A stretch of DNA of 64,000 bases, from assembly GCF_006345805.1 (NCBI RefSeq), contig NC_042999.1, positions 27,466,001-27,530,000 on the forward strand. Reading direction: 5' to 3'. Below are positions 29,935-43,258 of the stretch, one piece after another. The stretch is from Octopus sinensis. Taxonomy: Eukaryota. Position numbers and translations under genes: made by a program. Every line of letters begins with the position of its first letter. Position 1 is the stretch's first letter. The notes under the pieces were generated by a model, which saw only the letters and a list, made by a program, of their open reading frames with translations, was not told the DNA's origin and searched no databases.

Positions 29935-31075
29935 AGGAGAAGACGAGGCACAGCGTATCGGCTGTGGCCAATCGATCCGATGTGTGCTCAGAAGGCTCGG
30001 CAGTATTTCAGGCACGGGTCGTCTGCTGGGATTGAAGATAAGGAGATTGCCTTAGACTTGCGCAGTTTGCATTTTCTTTGTGCCCCAGCAATCCTGTTCT
30101 GTCGTATGATGTAGCATTTCTGTTGCTACTGCTTCACCTGGTAGGGTGGTCTTCTGCTTGCGCTTCCCAGGTGTCGGGGTTGATTTCAAAGCTCTTTAAT
30201 GAGGCTTTGCGTGTATGCTTGAAGTGTTTTTCCTGTCTATCTTGCATGCGCTTGCCTGCCGCCAGTTTGCTGTAAGGCAGCCACTCGGGGAGTCGCCTGC
30301 TAGACATTCGACCAAGATGGCTTGCCCACCTGACCTCTGCACTTCTCAGCAGTGGGTAAATGTTTGGCCGATCAGCTCGAGAGAGGACCTCTGTGTCTGG
30401 GACCTTATATTACCAAGTGATTTTACCAACTTTCTCTGGCAGTTCATGTGGAAGCAGTTTAGCTTTATTGACGTGAACTTCGTATACCCTCCAAGTCAAG
30501 CAAGTGTACAGTAGCATAGGCAGTACAACTGCTTGGTACACCCTCAACTTGGAGGCCAGCCTACTGCCTCACCTCTCCAACATAACCACCCGAATGCTGA
30601 GCTTCCCTTGAATTGGCGATGCGTGTGACGACTTCAGCCTCAATCTACACAAATCTAGAAAGTGTGAAGCCGAAGTACGTGAATTTATCAACAACTTTCA
30701 GGCTTTCCTCTTCAACAATGGTAGATGGTTCCACATACAGTTCCAGTGGGGCAGGTTGATACATGACCTCTATCTTCTGAGTGTTGATTGGAAGACCAAA
30801 TTTGCTGCAAGTTGTTGAAAAGCAGTTCATACTCTGCTGTATCTGGGCGCCTGTGGAGACGTTGAGTGCGCAGACAAATGAGTTTAGTGCTGTACACCAT
30901 GTCCCTGAACATCATCTAGTTCGCTTCTATTCCCTTTGTACCAATGCCTAGTTTTCTCAGCTTGCTACCTAGGTCTTCGCTGAGGTTTTGTTTCACAATG
31001 TGCTGTTCCATTTTGCTGATGTTTAGTTGCTTGTTCGCCAACTTCTCTTGTGGTCACCGCCAGGACTATCGAGTA
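29935..31075 (-). mobile_element. RTE-clade LINE 3' fragment, decayed
   Basis: FGLPINTQKIEVMYQP, VVDKFTYFG, RWASHLGRM..KLAAGKR..SLKSFEINPDTWEAQA; a piece repeats at ~34590-34695. Confidence 0.8.
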
Positions 31076-31499
31076 ATATAAGAAACTTTGAAGTATTTAA
31101 ATATTTTATAACGTCGACGAAACCAAAATGTTTCCTTCGTGATCTTGTGAAGGCGGTTGCCGATGCTGAGAAGAAACTCCATTATTTCGTTAACACAAGA
31201 ATTGAAGATTAGTGGCTGTCTGTGTAAGGTCTTGAAAATATTTTGTACTGAAGTTGTATACTATTGATTTCCCTTTTTAATCCTTGGTATAGATATCTCA
31301 TTAGAATTATTTCGACCTAAATTGTTACTAAATTTAAAGGGTAGTCATGAGTCTTGACTGTACGTATGTAAACAGTGTTCTTAGCTAAGTTGACAATAGC
31401 TACTGGATTATGTTGGTTTCAGCGTAAGATTGTTTTCGTTATAACATTTATAGTAAAATGCTATATTGATGAATATTTCTCTACGGCAAAAAAAAAGTT

Positions 31500-31800
31500 A
31501 ACTCCATTGAAGCTGTAGGGTTCGGAGTTCTCAGGCTTTAAATAATTTGTGAATTCACTTTCCGAGGTCCCTGTCGGCCGGGACGAGAATCTGTTGATTC
31601 TTTTCTTTGGCTTTTGAATTGCACTATAATTCTATTAACAGTGGCAAGAGGAAATTGAAGATTTTCGGCAATTTTTCGCTGGCTAAGACCAGCCTCAGAT
31701 TGACCAGCTATGCGATCTCTTTGAAAATCTGATAGTTCTGCTGAATTTTTTGTGTGTGGCATGGTTACTCTCCGCAAATGTTTAATATAATGTCACCTGG
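31500..31800 (-). mobile_element. Tc1-like transposase N-terminal fragment
   Basis: [43 protein letters not shown]. Confidence 0.75.
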
Positions 31801-32274
31801 AATGAAAAAGAATAATTACATTGTAAATTCTACACCGCTGAAAACAAGTTAAAACGCTTATATCAGAAATTTTGAAAATTAAAGGTGTCTATTTACTTCC
31901 TGCATGTCTGTGTATATATTTAATTAGAGGATCCGAGGAAATACTGGTTCAATACCTAGTATTTTGGGGGAATGAAATTTCCTTAAAACAATACTTGTAT
32001 ATATAAAGCATCTGTGGGCTTATCAATTCATTTCAGCAGTCTGCTGAAATGAATTGACAAGCCCACATATAACACCCAAAGTTACATCTTTTTTCTCTGA
32101 TGAAATTATACTCAGGTCACATAAATGTAAACTTAATGTACACATTTGTAGCTAAATTATTGAGTATTAATTGAAACAGCTGTAAGAAGGAAAGATGACT
32201 AATTTGTTAATAATAATCAATTATTACATTCCTTATCTCCATTTTCTTTTTTTTTTTCTAATATATATGTGAAT

Positions 32275-32591
32275 GTTCAGTTTAGAAGGAAAGATCCAGA
32301 AGAACTGTTACAAGGTAGCCAGATGTCATATAAGCGTCCTAGAAATTAGTAATCACACTTGGGTGGGAGTTAATTACGGGGAGAAGTGGTACGTGCTTTG
32401 GACAACATAAGAATAATGGAAAATGGAAATGAACACTGTTGTTTACATCCACTCTGATGAGATTGATGCATTTTTCCACATTCTTCTTCCTCTCGGATTT
32501 ATTGTAATGCATCCATCGAAACATGTCGGTGATATGGTGATATAAATGATTTAAAGAACATCTTGAGCTTTTGTCTCCATTTTTCATTATT

Positions 32592-32594
<3 letters not shown>
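32275..32594 (+). mobile_element. PLE-type terminal or non-autonomous fragment carrying an HHR
   Basis: Contains the 32450-32531 HHR and ends at (TA)n; left boundary approximate. Confidence 0.55.
32450..32531 (+). ncRNA. Type I hammerhead ribozyme (dimer-type stem III)
   Basis: CACT-CTGATGA-GATTGATGCATT..AATGCATCCATC-GAAAC-AT-GTC-GGTG. Stem II pairs 11/12; palindrome ACATGT. Confidence 0.82.
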
Positions 32595-32626
<32 letters not shown>

Positions 32627-33824
32627 CTTATAAATAAGGGCAAACGAAAAAAATTCTAATACCAAATATGCCGAAATTAGACACATTGTCCATAACCATA
32701 TAATTTATCACAATAAGCACGTTACTCGAAAAAGGTCGACAGAAATTTCTAAAAGGACGGAATTTTTTTCCTGTTTCTGTCTGCCAAATCCACTCTCAAA
32801 GCTTTGGTGGGCCCGAGGTTATAGCTCTAAACACTTGCCGAAGATATTCCGCGCTGGGGTTATATTCGGAGCCGTGTGATTGAGAAGCAATCTTCTTACC
32901 TCACAGTCGGTCACACCTGTACATAAATGTGATGCTGGTTGGATAAGCTGGTGTTAAAGGCTGCTTATGAAACCACCTTAGCTGTAGTAATAGATCAGTT
33001 CCCTCTTCACTTCGACATATTCAACCCATTAACATTCCATCTAATCTTTCCATTTTTTTAATCAACATTCTTCATTAAAATAAAATGCTTTGATGTTGAG
33101 ATGTTACATTCTAATATCTTGAGCTGCTAAGGTGGCGAACCATCAGGATCGTTAGCACGACTGGTTAAATGCTTCGTGCATTTCGTCCGTCTACGCGTTC
33201 CGAATTCAAATTCCTTCGAGGTAGAATTTGCCCTTCATCCTTTCGGAGTCGATAAAATAAGTACCAGTTGAGTACTGGGGTCAATGTAAGTGACTTAGCT
33301 CTTCCCCATACTTGCTGGCTTTGGACTAAAATTTGAAACCAATATAATTGTAATCTAAAGGCGGCTAGCTGGCAGAATTGCTAGCACACTGGGTAAAACG
33401 CTTAGCGGAATTTCGTCTGCCTTTACGTTCCGAATTCAAATTTTATCGAGGTAGCCTTCGCCTTTCATCCTTTGGGGATCTATAAAATAACTACCAGTCG
33501 AAGACTGGGGTCGGTGTAATCGACTTACTCCCTCCCCCGGAATTGCTGGCCTGTACCAAAAAAATTAAAATCAATATATTTGCAATCTACATCATTAAAA
33601 CCTATGAGGAAACAAATAAATAAAAACAGAACACACCTGATTTGTGTAATTTTTGCATAGTATTCTAATTTTCTGATACGCCAGCTTGGGCAGCGAACTT
33701 TACTACAAACCTTGGCTGGCCGATTACTTCTGAACGAATTTGGTAGACGAAAACTGTGTGGAAGCCCATCGTATGTGTGAGTGTGAGAGTGCGTGTGTGT
33801 GCACGTATGCGTGCGTACTTTGTG

Positions 33825-34271
33825 GGATCTTTTCGGTTTGAACGGCAGTTTTTTCTAGCGGTGTCATATGAAATTGTCACCCATAATTATGACCCTAGTA
33901 TCGATCTATTGCATTTCAATCTATTTTAGGGTTAGTTAAGGTTAGTTAGGATTAGGGTTAGGGTTAGGTTTACGGGTGGGGGAAGGGTATCTTTTTTTCT
34001 TCACAAATGTAAATAAACCCAATCTGTTTCTTAAACAAGGGACATATTCATACGACACAGAATGCTTTTTAACTTAATGGACGTCAGTGATTGGTTGAAA
34101 TTGAAGAAATTGAAGAAAAAAACAACAAATATCTTACAAACTATAGAATTTTCTGAATAAAGCCAAGAGAAAAATATGTTTTATAAACACATTCTACCAG
34201 TTTACGAAGTTTAAAATTTTTTAGTTACCTAAAAATTATGTTAAAAACTGCCGTTCAAACCGAAAAGATTC
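33825..34271 (+). mobile_element. MITE with ~27-bp TIRs and internal (TTAGGG)-like tract
   Basis: GGATCTTTTCGGTTTGAACGGCAGTTTT / AAAACTGCCGTTCAAACCGAAAAGATTC. Confidence 0.82.
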
Positions 34272-34906
34272 ACTTTGTGTTAGCCCCTGCACCGTTTGAT
34301 AACTGTTATTGGTTTGTTTACGTCCAGGTGACTTAGTGGTTTGGAAATAGCAACGGTTAGAATGAATAACAGGCTTGAAAAGTAAGCACAAAGACTCGAT
34401 AAAATTCAATTTTATGCGTTATTTCTCCGTTATAAACCGTGACTCTGGTGGTCGATAACAAATATCAAAAATATATTAGAGTGTGTTATTTCTGAGGCAG
34501 TTGATTGACAGATTACTTTGGATAGCGGACAATCAGCTTGGGGGAATTCAATGGTTCACATCTTACTAACGGCACTGCATGCTGACCATCACACGCAATT
34601 AAATTATTGCCTTGGACTTGCGCAGTTCGCAATTTTTGCCCCTGCAATCCTGTTCTGTCGTATGATGTAGCATTTCTGTTGGTGCTGCTTCACCAACACT
34701 GGTTCTGTGCAGTGGTAACAATGTTCGTTTGATAAGTATTCAGTATCTTACAGTGATGAAATGAATTCTTTCTGGGAGTAGACTGCATATCCAGGTAGGA
34801 AGTGGTGTTTTCTATTCATTAACCATTTAGCATTCAGGTTACTCTGTTAAATGTTATGCTTATTGATTCACAATTTTTCTGAATTAAATGTGGAGTGTCT
34901 TCCACC

Positions 34907-35326
34907 GGATCTTTTTCGGCTTGAACGGCAGTTTTTAACATAATTTCTAGGTAACTAAAAAATTTTAAACTTCGTATACTGGTAGAATGTGTTTATAAAA
35001 CATCTCTTTCTCTTGACTTTATTGAGAAAATTCTATAGTTTGTAAGATATTTGTTCTTTTTTTTCTTCAATTTCTGCAATTTCAACCAATCAGTGACGTC
35101 CATGGAGGTAAAAAAAAAACATTCTGTGCCGTATGAATATGTCCCTCGTTTAAGATACAGATTGGGTTTATTTACATTTGTGAAGAAAAAAAGATACCCT
35201 TCCCCCACCCCTAACCCTAACCCTAAAATAGATTGAAATGCAATAGATCGATACTAGGATCATAATTATGGGTGACAATTTCATATGACACCGCTAGAAA
35301 AAACTGCTGTTCAAACCGAAAAATCC
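34907..35326 (-). mobile_element. Second copy of the same MITE, inverted
   Basis: Reverse-complement match to 33825-34271. Confidence 0.82.
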
Positions 35327-35784
35327 CTTCCACCTTCAATTTGTTACTGATGTGATTGTACATTGAAGGGTAGGTGTGAGAGACCAGATCTGGCTGGTTT
35401 GAACATAAAACAGGTAGAACATTTTGGCCAAATATGGCCATGCATCGTGGAGAGCCCTAGCCAACTCGAAAGCCTTCATCTGCAAAATCTTACGAAATCG
35501 CTCCCTGCTGACTTTAATAAAAAGTGGAAGAAAACTGCATAATTTTGTTCTAGATGAATGTCTGGAAAAACAGTGAATGTTCGTAGTAGGAACGTCTTTG
35601 ATATTTCTGTCCACACAGGACTGACCTAGGGCTACACAACAACGCTGATTCGAAAATGTTTCTGTTTTTTACATTATATCAAATCAATAAGTTTTATTTA
35701 CTTTTTTTTTTATTAGATCGGATCAATGCTACGTTTCTGAATTGAATATATACCTTGTACAAACTAACCAATAGCGTTAAGCAT

Positions 35785-36318
35785 CTGTTGTTGTTGTTGG
35801 TGGAGGTGGTGGTGGTGGTGGTGGTGGTGGTGGTATTACTGCTGTTGTTAGTGGTGTGGTTGTTCTAACAATTATTTTTATTATTTTTGTCGTTGCTGTT
35901 GTTGTTAATATTGTTTTTTTATTGTTATCACTGCTTTCAATGTTATTGTTACAGTTGTTTGTTTGTTTTTTTGTTTTTTTAATTTTATTTGTGGTGCTGT
36001 AGTTGCTCGTGTTGATGTTGCGTTGTTGCTATTGTCGTTAATGTTACTGTTGTTGTCGTTACTACTACTACTACTATTGATGCTACTACTGCTACTGCTT
36101 TTGCTACTACTACCACTACTACTACTGATGCTACTACTACTACTACTACTAGTACTACTACTACTGCTGCTGCTGCTACTACTGCTACTACTACTACTAC
36201 TGCTGCTGCTACTACTACTACTACTACTACTGCTACTACTACTACTACTACTACCACCACTATTACTACAACCACTACTATTACTACAACCACTACTACT
36301 AATACCACCACTATTACT

Positions 36319-36354
<36 letters not shown>

Positions 36355-36530
36355 GTTGTTTTTGTTGACGCTACTATGTCTTATCGCTACTGCTTTTTGT
36401 TATTGCTGTTGCTATTACTCTAGTTGTTGCTGTTGTTACTGTTGTCACTTTTGTTGTTGCCATTGTTACAACAGCTGCTGTTGTTATTGTTGTTGTTGCT
36501 GTTGTTATTGCATCTATTATCATTGTTGTA
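35785..36530. repeat. Compound trinucleotide microsatellite (GTT/GGT/CTA/CTG)
   Basis: Directly visible; source of the poly-Leu and poly-Val ORFs. Confidence 0.95.
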
Positions 36531-37565
36531 ACGATGTAATATTGATTTCACTTCATAATATTCTTTACATGTCTGTAATTACTTGTGTCATACGTCATTT
36601 ACATTTCATTAGATTTGATTTGATGTTTAGCACTGTCAGGTTGGCGGTGGGGGGTGGGGGAAGAACGTTTTCTTTGGGTCCTCTTGCACCGTATTCTAGG
36701 AAAAATAAATATCTGTTATTATTGCCGAAATTAACGTAATTGTTATTGGAGACTGAAAATTTAAAAAAAAAACAAAAAAAAAAAATGAGGATATATTTTT
36801 TTTCTACAGAAATAAAAATGACTTTGAGAGATAGAAATGACAACAGTCTCAAACAAACGCTCAATTAATTTTTTTTTTTATTTTAATTATATTTTGTTCA
36901 ATTTTATTTTCTTTATTGACATGAGATACCACCTAAAGAGGCCACTAATACTGCATTATAAGTGAAATGACAGTTAATATGAACAACTAGTTACGAACAA
37001 GTGTCATTGTTGGATATTTAATATACTGCTGCTTAGACAGCAATTGAAGCGTGCATGCTCTTGGTGATCGTTTCATCACTACTTTTCACCAATTTATTAA
37101 GCGTGGGTTCGTCTATACCGCGCTGATGAAATCATAATGTTTCCGAAACATATCCAGGATTGTCTCCTCTTCTTTCTGAATTGAAATACTTAGTCAATGA
37201 GAGATGTTGTTTCTCTATCTCTCTCCATAGTTATTTCTGATTATTTTCTTTTTATTAAAAAGAAAATAACCATGCATTGAATTCGTTTTTGGTCAGGTAT
37301 TCATGAAGTAATCAATGGGGGAAAGGGCTGCACCTATTACCTTTCTCTGCGTACAAGAAATTCATGAGAAAAAAAGGAGAAAGTTATCTTCAAACGAGAC
37401 ATCTGGACCTGGCCTGGGTACTTTCAAAAGAGTGATTCCGCCAAAGGTCATTAATTACGAGGTGGTGGTATTGAAACTGACAAACTGCTTACATTTACTA
37501 CCTGACAACAAGAACTCATGTACTTACTGTTAGTACAAATACATACAAATACGTACTATCTGATG

Positions 37566-37655
37566 TCAACTAATCATGAGATGTTTGTATGAGGCTTTGA
37601 TTTCCTCATGAAACTTTGGATATGCTTTTGCTATGTTCCATTCCAAGACATTGAT
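37566..37655 (-). CDS. Candidate terminal coding exon of the START gene
   Basis: ttgttcAG then phase-0 INVLEWNIAKAYPKFHEEIKASYKHLMIS*. Length and amphipathic pattern fit the START C-terminal helix, and AATAAA lies ~310 nt after the stop. It lacks the usual GWLP start. Confidence 0.42.
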   Translation of the reverse strand: MNVLEWNIAKAYPKFHEEIKASYKHLMIS

Positions 37656-37745
37656 CTGAACAATGTTTTATGGAAGATCAGCAGTTGCTCGCTCATACAA
37701 TGCTACTATATCTACATGGTACTCTCTCACAAGGTATTGGGTCAC

Positions 37746-37978
37746 AAGGCGGCGAGCTGGCAGAAACGTTAGCACGCCGGGCGAAATGCTTAGCGGTATT
37801 TCATCTGCCGTTACGTTGTGAGTTCAAATTCCGCCGAGGTCGACTTTGCCTTTCATCCTTTCGGGGTCGATAAATTAAGTACCAGTTACGCACTGGGATC
37901 GATGTAATCGACTTAATACCTATGTCTGTTCTTGTTTGTCCCTTCTGTGTTTAGCCCCTTGTGGGTAGTAAAGAAATA
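37746..37978 (+). mobile_element. SINE family 1
   Basis: 13-bp TSD GGTATTGGGTCAC. Older copies at ~21727, 33125, 33360, 42940, 43290, 43729, 51770, 53560. Confidence 0.9.
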
Positions 37979-38924
37979 GGTATTGGGTCACTTTTTGATG
38001 AAACAAACGTGTATCCCCACCTTTAAAATGTTGGTGAATATCGATGTATGAAGATGTTGAAGAAATTATGGGATTCGACAAAAGAGTTGCTCTACAGAGT
38101 TCGAATTATCTTTTACCTCGAAACAAGGGACATGAAACTTTAGGAATATATTTCCGTGAAGATATTCTGAAATCTTTAAGAAAATACATTCAATACCTTC
38201 GAGATGCTTTCTGTAGCTGTTGATGCTTTAGTTCCAGATCGACACAACGAAAAAACCTATTATCAAAGTTTCTCGGCCATAACAGCAGTGTCTTTTTATA
38301 GTTAATCTCGAACCGCTTCCTCCAGTTTATTCTTTCCTTTTTTAGGACAGCAAGATGTGATTTGAGAGAAACTTAACCATTGTTTTTGCAGGGTGAGCAA
38401 CCAAATTGAATCTCTCACGTTGGTTTGACATTCGGTAGAATATAACGACAATAAACATTAGCAAAAGTCTTGATCTCACATCCTGTTCTCTCTTTAATCA
38501 AACATTTATCGAGTCGTTTATAATTAGTAATGAATATGTCAAGTTTATTTTATAGAGCAAGTTCCTTTATATTTATGGATTCCGAGATCAGCAAGATTGA
38601 GTGAGGTCACTGCTTTATTAAATTTTGTGCAATTCAAATAGTATTTTAAGATAAAAGTAGTGAAAATATAAAAGAGATACAACACCCTGAAATTTTGGTG
38701 ATGGACGGAATAGTTAATCATATCAACGTCAGCATTTCGCTGGTCCTTAATTTGTCCACTTGGAAGAATGTAAAATGAAGTCGATTTTCGTGGGATTTGA
38801 ACTCAGAAATGCAAATTAGTGTAACTAAATACCGTTTAGGATTGTATCGCCAAACCTTACGATTCTGCTCATAGACCTTCCTTTTATAAATATATAATTT
38901 GGCAACTATTATTGCTTTATAGCA

Positions 38925-39301
38925 ATACTAGCAGTGTGGCCCGGCGTTGCTCGGGTTTGTAAGGGAAATAACTATAAAGCATTTTTAGAGAGTTATAGCC
39001 AAAAAATGGAAAAAAAATGATGGTAAATTTTTTTTTAGTTAAAAAGGTTGAGTTGCGTCCCCTAGACAGTCTGTGGTTTGTGGTTCTGATTCTCGACCCA
39101 TTGTCGAATTTATCGATTTTTTTCAGAACTGGGGGAACTTTTCAAAATTTTCGCTGCGTTAGTTTTGAATTATGACATTGGGCTATGTGTGTGTCAAGTT
39201 TCATCAGAATCGGTTGAAAGCCGTGGTCAGGGTGAGGGTACAAGCTAACAGACACACAGAAACACACACAGACAAACTGCCGTTTATATATATAGAGAGA
39301 T
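38925..39301 (+). mobile_element. Non-autonomous Helitron-like element
   Basis: TACTAGC..CCCGGCGTTGCTCGGG start; CAGACAAACTGCCGTTTATATATATAGA end; shares its 5' part with 60049-60445. Confidence 0.7.
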
Positions 39302-39944
39302 ATCTAATACCAAAACGACCGATTGTTTTGTCATTCCCACTGCGGTTTTCGATGATGTTGCTTAACATTAAATCAATCCTGATCAAGCGGACACTTCAAT
39401 CAGAGACGATCATTCCCCTTGTGGCTATCTGGGACAGAAAATTTTACACTTAGTGTATTTAATAGTCCCGTCTTCAGACGGTAAGCGTGTGTAAGTAAGG
39501 TGTATAATTTAAAGTAGGTTTTGGCTGTAATTTCTTGTATAAAAAGCTGTAAGAAGTGTTGGAAAAATCATTCTGAATAATACAGCCAACTATCACCTGT
39601 GAACAAGTATGACTTGATAGCATGTACTGTGTTTTCAATTTTATAACCGAAATTCAAAATTCAGCCGTATAGATTTCACTAGTTCAATGTTTGATAGTGC
39701 GGAACATCCAATAATATACTGGTGTGATTCAATTGACATTACACTTTACTTAGAAATATAAGAATCTTTTATGCGAATACTTGGTTGGAAGTCTTTCAAT
39801 GATTATGGGATAAAAGACATGTGATATTACTATTTAATTGCAGATTAAACCGAGTCAAGAAAATTTATGTTTTAAACTATTCAAATTGTATGCATTTTGT
39901 CTTTACATCTTTTATTCCGACATAATGCATCTAAGACTTCATTA

Positions 39945-40818
39945 CGAGGGGTTACCCAAAAGTAACCGAAAACGATCTCCGTGGGACAAGCCCGTTGTAG
40001 TTAGGGCTTCCATCGTTAGAAGCCACTTGATGCGACCCTCAGGCATCAGTCAGACGACCTGCATCGTCTATTGAGGTCGTACTGCCACGTAGTATCTCTT
40101 AGTTTCGCAGTACTTCTACCCTGTTCGTCGATTTTTATGATTGCTGAAACGAAGGAACAGCATGCTTCCGGGAAATTCTGCTGTAGAAAACGACGGCCGA
40201 AACAGTTGTCATGCTTCAAACAGCTTGTAAGGACGCTGCCATGAGCAGAATACAAGTTTGCGAGTGGTTTCTATACTTTAGGAATGGCCACTTGTCGCTT
40301 GAAGATCAACCTCGTTCAGGGCAACCTTCGACCTCTCGAATGAATGAAAGCATCATAAAAGTTCATGATCTGATTTTGGAGGACTACCACTGAACAATTG
40401 ATGAATTTTTTTATATGATTGCTGTGTCCTGGAGCTCCTGCTAACGTATTTTTTGAGCGAGGAATTGCGAATGGGAAGAGTTTCAGCAAAATTTGTGCCT
40501 CGCTTGCTCAGGGAAGATCAAAAGCAGTCACGACTGAATGCGTGTCGTGAACTGGATAAACAACTGGAAGTTGATCCGGACCTTTTTTCGAAGGTCGTCA
40601 CTGTTGAGGAAATTTGCAGTTGTGGAAGAGATGAAGAAAAAAACGATGGATGCGTCACTTTGCAAGAGTTCCAGCATTGCTTCAAACAGTGGAAAACGCG
40701 TCTGGACTGATGCATTGCTTCAAATGGAAAAGACTTTGAAGCGATAAAAGTGTAAACGTGTAAAACTAAGTGAATAAAATGGCATTACAAAATTCTGGTT
40801 TCTTTTCGGTATTCCTCG
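39945..40818 (+). mobile_element. Internally deleted mariner element
   Basis: TA-CGAGGG..CCTCG-TA with imperfect TIRs; EDQPRSGQPS, RVSAKFVPRLL; catalytic domain largely deleted. Confidence 0.88.
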
Positions 40819-42449
40819 TATCTAATGTATTATTGCGTCTTCTTCAAGACGCCAGGCCATCATTTGAAGGAAATTTGACAGCTTTTCCTAGCAAGGCGAG
40901 TATCTCTTATAGAGAATCTCACTTTTTTTCCCCTGTATATTTTTATTGTTTAACTTCAAGTCAATCCTGAAAACTTTTGAGGATAAATCGATCCATTCCT
41001 GAGTATCATATTTTTAGACATGGTATATCCAGACTTACATCTTCCAGTAAGTCTTTTTATTTTGAGCATTAGAAACAATAAGGGAAACTCTTTTCAGTTT
41101 ATTATTCTGCAAGTTATTGCAGTCAGATATCCCTCAAATTACACCCAGCTACTAGGTGAATGTACAAGTTTATATGAATATAGTGTAAGTGAATGAAAAC
41201 AAGCCATGGCGTCGTTATTCAGTCCGCAGTTCGATGGTGAACACAAGCCGTTTATTAAAATCAGACTATTATCTGATTTTTCTTGGGTAGATTCTTATCT
41301 TTCAGTGAGTAATGTCGGGAAAATCTTGGCAATTTAACCTAAATAATGCTAGTTATTTTTTATACTACACTCACTTGAACTTCGAAATTTCGTCTTCCAG
41401 TATTCTCATGAGACTATATCGAATCGATATTTGGAAATTTAATCATGTTTTCTTATTTTTTTTGTGGTGGAAATTTTTGAAGAATATTTTAAAGTTTATG
41501 TCAGTTTTAATCGCTGATCATGAAACTAACTTTTCCTCTTAGAAAGGTCATTGATGTGTTTTCGGAGTGGCTGCAGGTAACTTAGCATCACTTTTGGGGA
41601 TAGTTGATCAATTAATTTCTGTGGTAAATTTCCCTGAAATGTAAGATAATGAGAAAATTACGATTTGAACGTATAACGTAATAAAATATACAAGTAAAGC
41701 AAACACAATATTGATTTCAGATAATAGGAATAAAGATCAAAATATTGAGAAGAAAACAAGAAAAGACAGAATTGCTGTAACTATGAAAGGTTTAAAATAA
41801 TGTTTAGAAATATAAAAAGAGAACAAACATGTTAACATAGAATTTTCTGTTTTGTAAAGTATGTTGTCTGGTCCAGTGGAGCGGAATATTTAATAAAAAC
41901 AACATGATCTAAGACAGTTTCAAATATCTAAGAGGATTTTAGTTTAAGTATGTGTGTGTTTGTGCTTGCGTGTATATATGTACGTATATATGTATGTTCG
42001 TGCGCATATATGTATGTATACATATATATGTTTCTATGTACATTTATATATATATATATATATATTGATTTTTGACTTGCGAAAATTTACGACACAACAA
42101 TAAGAACATTATTTTGAAAGCTGTCCTCTCAAAGACAATATGATACTATTTGTTAAGAATACCGGTCAAACATACAACATAACCGTATATTATTAGGTTC
42201 GTTAGAAGGCAGACAAGTTGGTCTCGGTTCTAAAGCCTTCGAACTTAGTTCTACTCAATCAGGAATTGCCTAGAGCTAAACAACAACTTTATTTGAAAAG
42301 TAATGGTTCGTTGTATTTAGTTTCGTCTCTTTACGCTCTCGGTTCAAATCCTGTTATCATCGACTTGCTCTTCTATCCTTTCGGGTTAACTATTCAACAT
42401 AACCTGTTTGTTTAACACATACGGACTTAGGTCTTTGTCAGAAATTTTC

Positions 42450-42482
<33 letters not shown>

Positions 42483-42504
42483 TATTATTATTATTATTAT
42501 TATT

Positions 42505-42878
42505 CAGCAGTTTTATTTTTATAGCGTGCTTTCACTTCACTACCGAGCGCAGCTCTGTGAGACTTGGGGATGTGCTGTGATTTGTTGTGATGCTCTGATG
42601 ATTACTGTATTGAAAGTGTTTTGCGTAGGATGTGTGCACTGCCTAGTAGTGCAATTTCTGTATGTTATATGTGTTTGTAAGTCCTGGTGTTTTTGTTATG
42701 TATTTGTCTGAATATCTTTTTATCATGCCTAATGCGCCTACTATGATAGGGATTGTTTCTGTTTTTAGATTCCACATTTGAGTTACCTCTATTTCCAGGT
42801 CTTTGTATTTTGAAAGTTTCTCCATTTCTTTTAGAGACACGTTGTCATCTGCTGGTATTGATACATCAATTAGAAAGC

Positions 42879-42879
<1 letters not shown>
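42505..42879 (-). mobile_element. 3' end of the same R4/Dong family
   Basis: Close match to 23209-23585; KLSKYKDLEIEVTQMWNLKTETIPIIVGALGMI; inside (ATT)n. Confidence 0.9.
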
Positions 42880-42919
<40 letters not shown>

Positions 42920-43222
42920 CATCATCAAGGCAGTGATCTGGCAAAGCCTTTAGCACATCAAACAAAAAGATTAGCGGACTTTCGTACCTCTTAACGTTCT
43001 GACTTCAAATACTGCCGAGTTCGAATGTGCTTTTCGTCCTTTCGAGATCCATGAAATAAACATCAATGAAGTACTGGGGTCGATGTAATAGACCAACTCC
43101 TCTTCCAACATTGCAGGTCTTCTGACTAATGTAGAAACTAATACTACTGCTGCTGCTGCGACTACTACTACTACTACTACCACCACCACCACACCACACC
43201 ACCACAACACCAACACCACCAC

Positions 43223-43258
<36 letters not shown>

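Noticed and set aside
33925-33970. Telomeric repeat suggesting a chromosome end
   Set aside because: Short, degenerate and internal to a MITE.
37115-37160. CTGATGA..GAAAC-AT-ATC motif
   Set aside because: Stems I and II do not pair; at best a heavily eroded HHR.
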